Shown here piece by piece: positions 52,084-64,000 of a stretch of DNA of 64,000 nt. The stretch is taken from positions 9,362,001-9,426,000 of the forward strand of contig CM059427.1 in assembly GCA_030390025.1 (NCBI GenBank), given 5' to 3'. The DNA comes from Squalus acanthias (taxonomy: Eukaryota). A program made the position numbers and the translations under genes. The notes under the pieces are model-generated. The model was given only the letters and a program-made list of their open reading frames with translations. It did not search any database and was not told the origin of the DNA. Position 1 is the stretch's first letter; every line of letters begins with the position of its first letter.

Positions 52084-53412
52084 TATCCCACTCAAAATTA
52101 AAAAAATAAACATTGCTTCTGACTGAGAAGCAGGACTGTCACTCTATTCTCTTTTGTTTCCTCCTAAATAGTACTGAGTTTGTTTTATTTTTGTGACTGT
52201 GCGTAGTTTGAATCTGTATTACTGTAATACATTATTAATTATCCTACTGTGCACAAGTTCAGCCTGAGGTACACACTGCTCCTTTAATTGAAAAGCTGTT
52301 TTCAGTAGGAGGTACTGTGTTAGTATATATTCACGTCTCCGATTCATTTGGTACATGCAGCTGAAGGCTCGGCTCTTAATTGGAACATCCTGGTCAGAAG
52401 CAAAACATTCCTCATATCCAACCAATCCCATTGATCATACAATGCAAATGAAGTAGGAATGAATTGGCATCTGTGCCAATGTTCCCTCTCTAAATTAAAA
52501 GCATGGCCATTAACCAACACGTACAGTAGTAAAAATGAATGCTGGGCACTATAAACAATCAAGAGCAAGAGGCATACATTATGAACAGCCCTTCACTCAG
52601 TCCAAGATATATTTACTGTACACAACAAAAATCCTGCTATGAGTCATAATATGGTATTAGTATGTGTGGCAGATCAAAATGTGCAACGTAAGGTTTTTAT
52701 GAAGAGCAAACTGTGCATTCACATTATTAAAACCACAAGCATTTTTAAAGAAAGAAACATCAAATAGTACTGTAACAGTATATTTAAGGTTTCCTATTTT
52801 CAGATATAGCTTTTAGACCCCAAATTACATGATTTACAAACCAGCAAAGGAAAGGATCAAACTTGGAGTGCAGCTAAAACGGCAATCCAGGCAAAGATTT
52901 ATATTTAACTTGGAACAAACCTTCAGGCAGGGCAGGAACAACATGCATCTCTCTCATTATTTAATGCTCCATTATTTAAGGCCATTAAACGGCCTATTGA
53001 ACACTGGAGGTGAAACAAGATGTTACACAATAGACTTCATGAAATGTTAACCGTGCACGACATGTGTTGTCAGCACATTTTCATGTCATCCTTTCATTCC
53101 GACTAATTACATGAGTGTGTCTAACTTCTTTCTTCTATTACATAAAACTGGCGAGTGTAACTCCACACACTGCATGTTTTCAACCATTCTGTTTAATAAT
53201 AAAACAGAACTGATCAAAATGCAAATTGCAGTTTGCTCATTAACCCCAAGAGGGTAACCGAAGAATTACTGGCATTAAAAAGCTCTTTGTGAACATACTG
53301 TGAATGAAGTGTTCTATCGCTCCGTGTACTGTTCTAAGTATATTTGATAATATAACATTCTGACATAGATATTTATAGAATTTTTTTGTCTATGTTTTGT
53401 AATGGAAAGAAT

Positions 53413-54542
53413 GGGGGTGATTTTAACCCCCAAGAAAGGGTGGGTTTGATTCAGGTGACAAGTTAAAACTTACAGTTTTAATGGAGGCGGTACGTGGCGC
53501 GGGCGACCAATTCGCTCTCGGGAGGCGGGTTGGTCGGTAACAGCTTTTAAGGAGGCTGCGTGCCTCCACTTTAACAGGCTTTTTATTTTTAACCCATTTT
53601 GGCTGGGTTTCCCTGGGCTCAGGAAACCCGGCAGGTAAAAGGAGGCGAGAAGGGCCGGATCTATAATGTAAGTACATTTACAGCACTGCTTGTGGGCCAG
53701 GAGGAGCAGGAGTGTTTCGCCCTAGTCCAACAAGCAAACCTGCTTCCAGCTCCACGATCGCTGACTCCACCCCCCCGATCTCACACCCTGCAATAGCCCT
53801 CACACCTCAACGCTCGCCCCCCCCTGCAATCTCTCCCCTCCCCGTGATCTCCCCCCACCTCCACGCTCTCCCCTCCCCGTGATCTCCCCCCACCTCCACG
53901 CTCTCCCCTCCCCGTGATCTCCCCCCACCTCCACGCTCTCCCCTCCCCGTGATCTCCCCCCACCTCCACGCTCTCCCCTCCCCGTGATCTCCCCCACCTC
54001 CATGCTCTCCCCTCCCCGTGATCTCCCCCCACCTCCACGCTCTCCCCTCCCCGTGATCTCCCCCCACCTCCACGCTCTCCCCCTCCCCGTGATCTCCCCC
54101 CACCTCCACGCTCTCCCCTCCCCGTGATCTCCCCCCCACCTCCACGCTCTCCCCTCCCCGTGATCTCCCCCCACCTCCACGCTCTCCCCCTCCCCGTGAT
54201 CTCCCCCCACCTCCACGCTCTCCCCCCTCCACGCTCTCCCCTCCCACGATCTCCCCACCGGCCCCCCCCCCCCCATCCCCCAACTACAATCTCCCCCCCC
54301 CCCGCCCCAGAGAGCCCCTGAACGCAATCTCCCTCCTGGACCATGAGACTCCCCCCCAATCTATCCCTCCCTCCCTACCTGCTTCTCGGCTATGGCCTTG
54401 TGCCACAGGCTTTCCTGCCTGACAGGTGGGAACGATGTCCTGCAATTAATATCTGCATGATATCCAGGAAACCCGTACTTCCAGGATTGCTGTCCAGAAC
54501 TCAGCTCCCCCCAAACCCCCTCACCCCGCAAATATCGAGACC
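53413..54542 (+). mobile_element. MITE (Harbinger-like) with internal minisatellite
   Basis: Ends gggggtgatttt / aaatatcgagacc with exact 3-bp TSD aat/aat. Confidence 0.8.
53831..54255. repeat. 35-bp C-rich minisatellite, about 12 copies
   Basis: Unit ctctcccctccccgtgatctccccccacctccacg. Confidence 0.95.
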
Positions 54543-54936
54543 AATGTGTATATTTTGAAACCTGTAAATGTCTATACTGAACTAACATTTTATTTATCCC
54601 CTTCTACAAGTCCTGGTTTACAGCTAGACACTCAAATCAAACAAAGTATTTAGCAGCACCGATTCCCTAATTCGACTTGCTACGGAGAGATAGCACACGG
54701 TTTGGTGCCAATGAATTTCCAGCATGTCAAGTTCTTGATCTCACCTGTAATCTTGGGGGAGGAGGTTGGGATGTACAAAGCTGAGGTCTCGTGCTTCGCC
54801 ACAGCCTGAAGAGTAGAGGTGGCAGAGGTACTGAAGCAGGGCCCCTGCACATCCTCTCGGCCGGGCAATAGAAAAAAAGGAGAGAACCGTTTTTTTCCCT
54901 CAAAATGCAAAATGACAGTGATGAGGAACTGAACCT

Positions 54937-55676
54937 GAACTGATTTTGCCAGCCCTGGGGAGGCGGGACTGCCGAGAAAATGGCAGAATCTGGGGGCGGG
55001 TACCCATCCCGCCTCCGTGCCATCTTCCCAGGAGGCAGGTACCCGACCCGCGCCGGGTCCTGTCTCCTGGAGGCGGGAAGGGGGTTAAGAGGATTATCCC
55101 CATTTTTCCATCAGAGGTGCGGGCTTCCCGACGTCGGGAAACCCTGCCAGGTTCAGCGAGGCGAGCAGTGGGTCTGTGGGGGTGAGAGGGGTCCAAAAGT
55201 GTGCTGTGGAGGTGAGTGATGGGTGCAAGTGTGGAGAGGTAAGTATGTGAGGCGAGTGAAAAGTATTAGAAAAAGTTTACTTACCTTTGTTTCTTCCTGC
55301 AGGCTTCAATCGTTGGGGATCCGGAGGCTCCCACATCTCAATGGTAGAGATGACAGAATGGCTGCTGCATTCTCCGATGCAACAGCCATCTGCTTTCTGC
55401 TCATAAAATAGGTTTGGTGAGCCTCGAGTACAAGAACTCACCAAACAACAGAGAATGTCAGTGTTTGACAAATTTTTTGACAGATGTAACGTCATACGCT
55501 GACGTTCTCTGTCACCGGCTTCCCCTTAATTGGCCTGCTAAGCCCGCTGGGCGGGCTTAACAAGGTCAATCAAGGGAAAATAGCGTGGGTTGGCCACAAG
55601 TCGATGGAGGCGGGACTAAAACCCGACAAGCAGCAGTCTCGCCTCCAAAGCGCCCCCATTGGCATAAATCACCCCC
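54937..55676 (-). mobile_element. MITE (Harbinger-like)
   Basis: Ends gaactgattttgcca / tggcataaatcacccc; shares an arm with the 24012 element. Confidence 0.7.
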
Positions 55677-55765
55677 TTAGTATCAGTACACCCATGCCAG
55701 TATCAAGTCAGGGATGGCATAAACTAAATAGAGTGCAACACTCCTCGATCAATGTCCTGACAGAG

Positions 55766-55884
55766 GAGTAGATTTTAACTTTCACCACCAGGCGGAATAC
55801 TGGTGGAAGCAGATGTATAATGGGCGGCTGATCAGATTCCGATACCGTCCATTTTCCACCATTGCCGACAGTTAAAATCAGCCC
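55766..55884. mobile_element. Small MITE
   Basis: TIR gagtagattttaact / agttaaaatcagccc. Confidence 0.55.
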
Positions 55885-57952
55885 TAAAGTGTCTAAAGCT
55901 CAACTACATCAATCTGACATTTTATTTCCCCACAGTATGTTTGTTATCCTGCATGAAGAAGTTGCCCAATCAAAGCAAATTATAAGCAGTTTTGTGTTGT
56001 GCTCTCATATTCCAGTGGAAAGTCCAATGACTGCTCAAACCTCTTCACCTGAACCTCTTAACTGACAGAGAAAAGAAATATCCATCCCTTCTGACCAATC
56101 TAGGTTTCCAGAGCTAAGAGAACAGTGTTCAAACCTGCACTGTTTCCCAGGCCTTTTACTTATCTTTTCTTTCCTTCAGAGCCACTCAACTCAAGGCTGT
56201 TCTCCTCCTGGCAAAAAAGAGTGGGAGAGCGATCTGGAACAAGCTCCTGAATGTTTTCCAACATTAAAACTGCTGCACTACTTAATCAGAAGAATGAAGC
56301 TTCCTTAGAGCATACCACACGTTTACGGTTGTTTCCTTATGTAGGAAACCCTGGCATGCAACTGAGGGTAGCTGATGCTGAACTCGCGTGATGACCTGCA
56401 CCAAAGTTCAGTGACCGGAAGCTTTTAATTACTGAGCTGGCCAAAATTCACCAATCTCAAGACTCAGTTTTAGTCTATGAGGATATCTTGGCAGAAATGT
56501 TTTTTTCCCAGATGGGTACGGCCCAAGTAAGACCCAAGTATTCACAAAAATAAGAACACAAGAAAGCGCAGAGTGAGAAAAGGCCAAATAAGCCCATTTT
56601 TTCCACAAATCAGTATCATTCACTTAACCCATTTAATCTCCTGAGGGAAGTTTCGGCAAAGTTTCTCCTAAAAAGTAAATAAAGAAAATACCTAGAGTAC
56701 CTAACGAACCTTGCACCATATATCAGTCAGCCTTGACATGGCATTTCCAAGATCCAAGCACCTCAGGAAGCCTCATATTCCACACAAAATTCAATTATTT
56801 TTAACTGTACTACTTCTTATTCTCCTCAAATTCATTCCTAACCAACTATTTAACACTGAATCATTCTCATTACTCTGATCTGAACCATCTCCAACACACC
56901 AATATCCTTTTGAAGGTAGACTACCCAAAATTGTATGCAATTTTCCTGCTCCTGATCACTACCCAGTGATGCTTGTTGGAAGGAGTGTATGTTTAAATAT
57001 TGGGTAAGGACAGGATTTTTGCTTCATATCCTGGGCTAGGGATGGAGGAGAGAAGGGGAAAAAAGACAAGATTCTTGATTCTCATTGCCGGAGCCACTGA
57101 TTTATAGTGACTGAATATAGGTCAGATTCCCTTCTTATTACATGCACATACAGGGTTTTTTAAGCTGGTGTCTCTAGGATTGAATTCTGCGATTCCATTC
57201 CTATTTCCATGAAAACCATAAATCAGTGGCCAAGCTTGTTGCCAACATGTGACCCATACTGGAAAATGTGCATGGGTGAACGAGGATTGAGAAGAGGCTT
57301 GGACTTAGCTGTAATGGCTCTTTGATCAGTATTAGGCCGCTGACAATCACTGTCTAGGCTCAAATACCACTTGGGTAAAGTATAGTTGATCTGGAAGCAG
57401 AGCCAAGGATCAGGCAACACCTCCTGAAGAGGGGGAAAATTGGAGGAGAGCAGGAAAAGATGCAATCATAGAAGAATGAAATCAAAACCTGAGCAATCAG
57501 CTTTCATAGCAATAGTATACCTGCACGATGAGCTCTGCATTGACATTTTCACTTCAGATTCAGTCCGATATGATCTTGTTAATAGAAATATACTGTAAAC
57601 CACCAATCTCCCTAGCCTGCCCATGTAGGGGTGTGCAATTGAAGGATATTGTGGTTTCTTATCTGTGGCATGCTTATGGTTGCAATGTTTTGAGTCAGGT
57701 GAATCACTGTCCGTCTAGGTTCTTATGAGACAGGCGCTTTGCTTTGTGTCTCATTCTGCAGGAGGCTGGGTAGTCATAATAACTTGTTTCACAAAACCCA
57801 AGCAACTTAATAATTTGGTCTTTGCGGAATTCATTAGTCAAAGAAATGTTTAAAAACAGTTTCAGACATGGAAGGGCAATCTTTGAGGTAAGCAGTGCAA
57901 CATTTTTTTAAATTTTGTGGCAGTGTCCTTCACTTAAATGAATAATCTCTTT

Positions 57953-60900
57953 GGCCAGAAATTTCCGGGGTGGTAGCGGGCGCGATTGGTGGTGGGTCGG
58001 GTGGGAAAGTTGTTATTTTTGACAGCGGGTCAGGAACCCGCCCCCACGCGCCTTTCCCCCAGGCACGTCTGACATCGCGGAGCCGACCTGACCGGCAGTG
58101 GCGGGGGACCCAGTTGAGATGATTAACAGCTAGTTGTCAGACCCTTAACAGGCTTTATTAAACTTACTTTTTAAATTTAACTGTATAGCCACGGCAACCA
58201 CGCTGCTCAGGAAGCACGTCTGTCGACCTGAGGCCGGAGTTCAGTGACCATTGCTCCAGCTGATTACTTGACGACAACAACAACTTGTATTTATATAGTG
58301 CCTTTAACGTAGTAAAACATCCCAAGGCGCAGCACAGGAGTATTTAAGACAAAAAATTTGACACCGAGCCACATAAGGATAAATTAGGGCAGGTGAGGAA
58401 AAGCTTGGTCAAGGAGGTAGGTTTTAAGGAACGTCTTAAAAGGAGGAAAGAGAGGTAGAGAGGCAGAGAGATTTAGGCAGGGAATTCCAGAGCTTAGGGC
58501 CTAGGTAACAGAAGGCACGGCCACCAAAGGTTGAGTGATTATAATCAGGGATGCTCAAGAGGGCAGAATTAGAGGAGCGCAGATATCTCAGGGGGTTGTG
58601 GGGCTGAAGGAGGTTACAGAGATAGGGAGGGGCGAGGCAATGGAGGGATGTGAAAACAAGGATGAGAATTTTGAAATCGAGGCGCTGCTTAACCAGGAGC
58701 CAATGTAGGTCAGCGAGCACAGGGGAGATGGCTGAACAGGACTTGGTGCGAGTTAGGACATGGGCAGCTGAGTTTTGGATGACCTCAAGTTTACGTAGGG
58801 TGGAATGTGGGAGGCCAGCCGGGAGTGCGTTGGAATAGTCAAGTCTAGAGGTATCAAAGGCATGGATGAGGGTTTCAGCAGTGGATGAGCTGAGGCAAGG
58901 GCGGAGACGGGCGATGTTACAGAGGTGGAAATAGGCGGTCTTTGTTATGCCGCGGATATGTGGTCGGAAGCTGATTTCAGGGTCAAATATGACACCAAGA
59001 TTTCGAACAGTGCGGTTCGGCCTCAGACAGATGTTAGGGAGAGGGATGGAGTCAGTGCCTAGGGAACGGAGTTTGTGGCGGTGACCAAAAAACAATGACT
59101 TCAGTCTTGCCAATATTTAATTGGAGAAAATTTTTGCTCATCCAGAACTGTATGTTGGACAAGCAGTCTGACAATTTAGACACCGTGGAGGGGTCGAGAG
59201 AAGAGGTAGTGAGGTAGAGCTGGGTGTCATCAGCGTACATGTGGAAACTGACGTCGTGTTTTTGGATGATGTCGCCAACTGGCAACATGTAGATGAGAAA
59301 TAGGAGGGGGCCAAGGATAGATCCTTGGGGGACACCAGAGGCAATGATGTGTGGGAGCAGGAAGAGAAGCTGTTGCAGGTGATTCTCTGGCTACGATTAG
59401 ATAGATAAGAATGGAACCAGGCGAGTGCAGTCCCACCCAACTGGACGAAGGTGAAGAGGCATTGGAGGAGGATGGAGTGGTCAACCATGCCAAAGGCTGC
59501 AGACAAGTCAAGAAGGACAAGGAGGGATAGTTTACCTTTGTCACAGTCACAAAGGATGTAATTTGTGACTTTGATGAGAGCCATTTCGGTACTGTGGCAA
59601 GGGCAGAAACCTGATTGGAGGGATTCAAACATGGAATTGCGGGAAAGGTGGATACGGATTTGGAAGGCAACAACACGTTCAAGGACTTTGGAGAGGAAAG
59701 GGTGGTTGGAGATGGGGCGGTAGTTTGCAAGGACGGAGGGATCAAGGGTTGGTTTTTTGAGGAGGGGGTGATGACGGCAGATTTGAGGGAGAGGGGGACA
59801 GTACCTGAGGCGAGAGAACCGTTAACAATATCAGTTAACATGGGAGCCAGAAAAGTAAGTTGGGTGTTCAGCAATTTGGTGGGAATAGGGTCGAGGGAGC
59901 AGGAGGTGGGTCTCATCAAAATGTACAGTAAAAGCTCCCACCTGACAGATGATCACTTTCCTCAGGCAGAAGCTGTTGCTCAGTCCATTTCCAGCACAGA
60001 TTCTGCAGGCTGCAAGTCTTTCCAGCAAAGTCTCCATCCAGTCTCACCTCATTGGAAGAACTCTCTTACCATTGACAGATTGCTTCTGTCATCTCTACTT
60101 AACCTGCCATCTATTCCATCAACATGGGTGCCGTTTATACTGTCTCACCTTGGTCCTCAGAATTGGACCACGATCAGCCCCAACACCAGCAGCACCAGGC
60201 ACACGAACAGCACCAACAACAATGCCAACCTTCTCCACAATCACCTGATGCTGCACAGGACAAAGGGCATCAGCACCCGAGCACATTGCTGCCCGGGACG
60301 CCAGGGATGACCTCATCATGGCCAAATTTAGTTAACTTTATGCTGTACACCCATATGGCTGCCACATGATGCGCCAAGTTGGTACCACCTCACACCAACA
60401 CCATAAAGCATCCCTACAATGACCAAGCCATTCCTTTCACACTCACCACCATTGCGGAGGGTATCATTATGTCTCACCATTCACTGAAACTCACTAAGCC
60501 ACTTCCAAAGGTGCACACACATCTGTCCAAGACCGGAAATTGTCGAAAATAAAGATTATGTTTGACAGCACATCAACAGAAACTTTACATAAACATTGGA
60601 TAAAACACCCAAGTGGCTACCCTTGTGTGTTGTTAGTTGGTATGATTGCACTAGGATGAGGGTGAGTGTGAGGGGTGGCTAGTGAGATGGGGGTGTGATA
60701 ATGTAGATAGAGAGAGAGGGATGGGTGGAGGTGCAAGGTAAGTTGGTGTGAGTAAGGATGTGTGGGAGTAGGGTAGGGAAGGCAGAGTGATGGAATGTGA
60801 GGAGTGGCACAGCAGGATGAAGTGGAGTGTGGCTTTGTACTAACGTTTCCTGATCGAATGAGATAATTGAAACGTTTGCAGCACTGCACCCAGGTCCTCC

Positions 60901-61100
60901 TGAACACATCCCTGCTTGTGACCTCCTCTGCAATCTACAACCAGGGTGTTTTGGTCTCCTGGGGAGGTCTCTTCCACCCATCGGTAGGGAAGAGGGCCTT
61001 CCCTGCATGCTCTGACTCCCTCCATAAGAATATGGAGGGAGTCATCAGAGAACCTGGGTGCAGCCCTCTGCCTCTGTGCAGTCATCATCAGTGTTTGCAG
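57953..61100 (-). mobile_element. Non-autonomous Harbinger-type element with Myb/SANT remnant, copy 2, interrupted by L2
   Basis: Terminus ggccagaaatttccgg; RAAPRFSDDSLHILMEGVRACRE...RRTWVQCCKRFNYL at about 61088-60845 (frameshifted). Confidence 0.75.
58271..59918 (-). mobile_element. L2 LINE RT + 3' end
   Basis: SCSLDPIPT, QSGF...HSTE.AL, LLDLSAAF, HMYADDTQLY, SRLDYSNAL; (ttg)n tail at the low end. Confidence 0.92.
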
Positions 61101-61517
61101 CACTATGTTAGATTAAACGTCAAATCTAATGGCTCCATGGTTGACATCTGGAAGTTTTAAATTGCTTAAAGTACTTTTTCAATTATTTTTTAAATTGAAC
61201 AATTTGTTTGTTGTCTCTGGTTCAACTGGGTCAGGGCATGAGGGGTCTGGCCTATTAGTCCTTTTGGTTGGGGGTGGGGGGAATGCTGTTATTGGTCTGC
61301 TTTCTCCTTCTAAGAGAGAGTAGGCCCTGCACGTTGTGAGTTAAATGCTCCAGAATGGACAGCTCATTATGATCCTTACGATCTCCTGCACCACTCTCCA
61401 GAATGGCTGAATGCAGGAGCATTACCAGAACGTGTGTAGGAGAGGCCTCCAGGAATAGACCTGCATGGAGGGTGAAATTTGAAAAGCTTGTGCGAGGTGA
61501 GATATATACAATGTACA

Positions 61518-61940
61518 GTAGCGTAGTGGTTTATGTTACTGGACTAATAAGCCAGAGGCCGACATAGAATTGCAGCACAGAAGCAGGCCATGCGGACCAA
61601 CGGGTTTATGCTGGTGTTTATGCTCCACACGAGCCTAAACCTGGCTTGGACTAATAATCCAGAGAATGAGAGTTCCACCACCATGGCAGTTCGAGAATTT
61701 GTATTCAATTAAAAAAATCTGCAGATTAAAAAGCTGGTATCAGTAAAAAAAGTAACCGTGAAGCTGTCCGATTGTCATAAAACTCAACTAATTCACGAAT
61801 GTCCTTTCGGGAAGGAAACCTGCTGTCCTTACCCAGTCTGGCCTATATGTGACTCCAGTCAAACACCAACATGGTTGGATCTTAGTTGCCCTCTAAAGCT
61901 CAAACTCTCTCCGGGCATCTAGGGGTGGGCAATAAATGGA
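61518..61940 (+). mobile_element. SINE-like repeat (family unassigned) containing a short CR1 tail
   Basis: tRNA-like start agcgtagtggtt; end ggggtgggcaataaatg also occurs inverted at about 38385-38415. Confidence 0.45.
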
Positions 61941-62205
61941 ATTCTTCTCCTAATCCCTGACAAAACTGAAATCGGTGCACAGTATGGAAATTTGTCTATG
62001 ACAAAAGGCAATACGGAGTGGGAAATTGTCCAAGAGCACACTGGCAGCGGGGAGCCTTACCCGACTCCGACCTGTTGTACACCTCCCCCATCTCTTCACC
62101 CTACATTGGCAGTTGTGTTCTCAGCTGTCTAGGCCCCACGCTCTATAATTCCCTCCCTAAAACTTTTCACCTCTTCACCTCCATCCCCTCCTTTAACACC
62201 CACCT

Positions 62206-62585
62206 CCTCTTTCAAAACTGAGATGAGGAGAAACTTTTTCACTCAGAGGGTAGTGGGTCTGTGGAATTTGCTGCCCCAGGAAGCTGTGGAAGCTACTTCA
62301 TTAAATAAATTTAAAACAGAAATAGACCGTTTCCTAGAAGTAAAGGGAATCAGGGGTTACGGGGAGCGGGCTGGAAATTGGACATGAGTGAGTTCGGATC
62401 GGTCAAGGCCCTGTGGGTGGCGGAGCGGGCCCAGGGGCCGAGTGGCCTGGTCCTGCTCCTGCTTCTTGTGTTCTTTAGAGTTGAGGTTGGATCAGATCAA
62501 CCATGATCTCATTGAATGGCGGAGCAATCTCGAGGGGCCGATTGGTCTACTCCTGCTCCTATTTCTTATGTTCTTATGTTCTTAT
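62206..62585 (+). mobile_element. CR1 3' end (double-tail family) nested in an L2 tail (about 62085-62680)
   Basis: Matches 42270-42654; the L2 motif cacctc...accaagc is split by the insertion. Confidence 0.88.
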
Positions 62586-64000
62586 ACCAAGCTTGAGGTC
62601 ACCCCTCCTTATATCTCCTTCTCGACTTGGCATCCAGCTTTGCCTGATTATGCCCCTGTGAAGTGCTGTTGTTGTTACTGCACTGCTGCCAGCGTCAGGG
62701 CTGACACTATTGTAAAGGAAGGGGGATTTATATCAGCATGACACAGGGTATGCCAGAAATGCACAGCAGTCATACAATATCAGCTACAGATATCTGCTCA
62801 GATTGCCTTCATTCACACTCTACTCCTCAGTACAAACTATCTTAAGCAAAATTATTCCCTTTAATTTACTTTATCCTGCTCTTCTCTTCTAAACTGTAAT
62901 TATATTTCTTTTCATAAATGCTTAATTATGGTCCCCAGCTAGAACATTAATATTTTCATTCTCCATTACGTTCAATTAAAAAAAAAAATCAAACCATATA
63001 CTCGGCAAATGAATGAAATATTTTGTTACATTTTATCTACGTACTCACCAAGGGAAGAAGTTGGATTGCTCGGAAATGGAGACTGTAACTGCATTTTCAT
63101 CCGTTAATCACATAATGTACTCCCAAATCAGACAAAGCAATCTCCAATGTTAGCCATCCCCTAAATCAACAATGCACTTTAACCCCAGCCTTCAAAAGGC
63201 ACCCTCAGTATGACATTTCCATTCCCTTTATTGTCTCGCAAAAGGATCAAGCTGTCAGTGCTGATTTTTTATAAGATGTGGGGCGGCGTGTCCTTTAGCT
63301 TGGATTGGACAAGTCTGCCAGCACTTTCATTGGTGACAGCTAACAGACCAAAAAATCTGTTTCTTTGAGGTACTAAGCATTGTTGAAAGACAACCTCTCC
63401 CCTTACAAGAAAAGCCTTGCCTGAAAACAAGTTGCTAAAATGCTTGTTGTATGAAAAAAAAATATAGCAAAGCAGGCAACTCCCTGAATATCACCAGCTG
63501 TACCCTGTAAGGAACACTGCAAATAAAACATTGCTAATGTCCTTCACAGAATAAGAGAATGCCAAGTCAAACTGTCCTGAACACACTGACAACATACATC
63601 TGCTTTAATATGTCCGTCCATTTTGCATTGTAACCGTCTTTAATAGTGTATTTTCATGAAGTTGTTAGCATTTACAATAAACGTTTGTGTGGGGTAAATA
63701 TTAGCACTATTATAGAGGTGGCAGAAATGCAAGCACCCACTTCAATAATGCTGGCTTAAGAGAGCTCTTTGTTTTCATGGTGCCCTTTTACTTTTGAAGA
63801 ATGCCAAGCTCCAAAGTAGTAATGAAGCAAGTCTCTCTGAATGTAAACATCGTGCATTTTGAATCAGACGTTCCTTTCACTGATGCTGTAATAATAAACT
63901 GCAGCATAAATTAGTTTCTGTAGCGAACTTGCAACACATTTCTCACATCTGCCCACAACATTAATGACTTGAAAACAGTGTTTACTATAACGCTTGTTTA

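Noticed and set aside
53781-54359. Gly/Arg-rich RGG-like ORFs
   Set aside because: They are translations of the 35-bp minisatellite, open in all three frames.
50312-64000. Expected upstream MYO1B exon (GKYMDIEFDFKGDP...)
   Set aside because: Not found by eye; it probably lies beyond the window end.

Overview
This is eukaryotic, vertebrate genomic DNA. Its repeats (HE1/V-SINE, SacSINE1-like DeuSINE, abundant CR1/HER1, L2, Penelope and Harbinger-type MITEs) point to a cartilaginous fish, most likely a shark. The whole window appears to lie inside a minus-strand unconventional myosin-I gene, best matching MYO1B. Seven consecutive motor-domain exons (728 coding bp, all GT-AG, phases compatible) fall between 50311 and 8597, separated by large introns full of transposable elements (TEs). 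No prokaryotic-type system, CRISPR array or real RNA gene is supported. The most notable structures are: (1) a full-length CR1 with a twin-priming-like 5' inversion bounded by a 6-bp target-site duplication (TSD); (2) Penelope ends carrying minimal hammerhead ribozyme motifs; (3) a non-autonomous Harbinger family that kept its Myb/SANT gene while its transposase is internally deleted; (4) mosaic MITEs built from shared arms; (5) a CR1 family with a duplicated, A>G-skewed 3' tail. Exon coordinates were read base by base. TE boundaries without a TSD or terminal inverted repeat (TIR) are approximate, and TE family names come from recognition, not from a database search.
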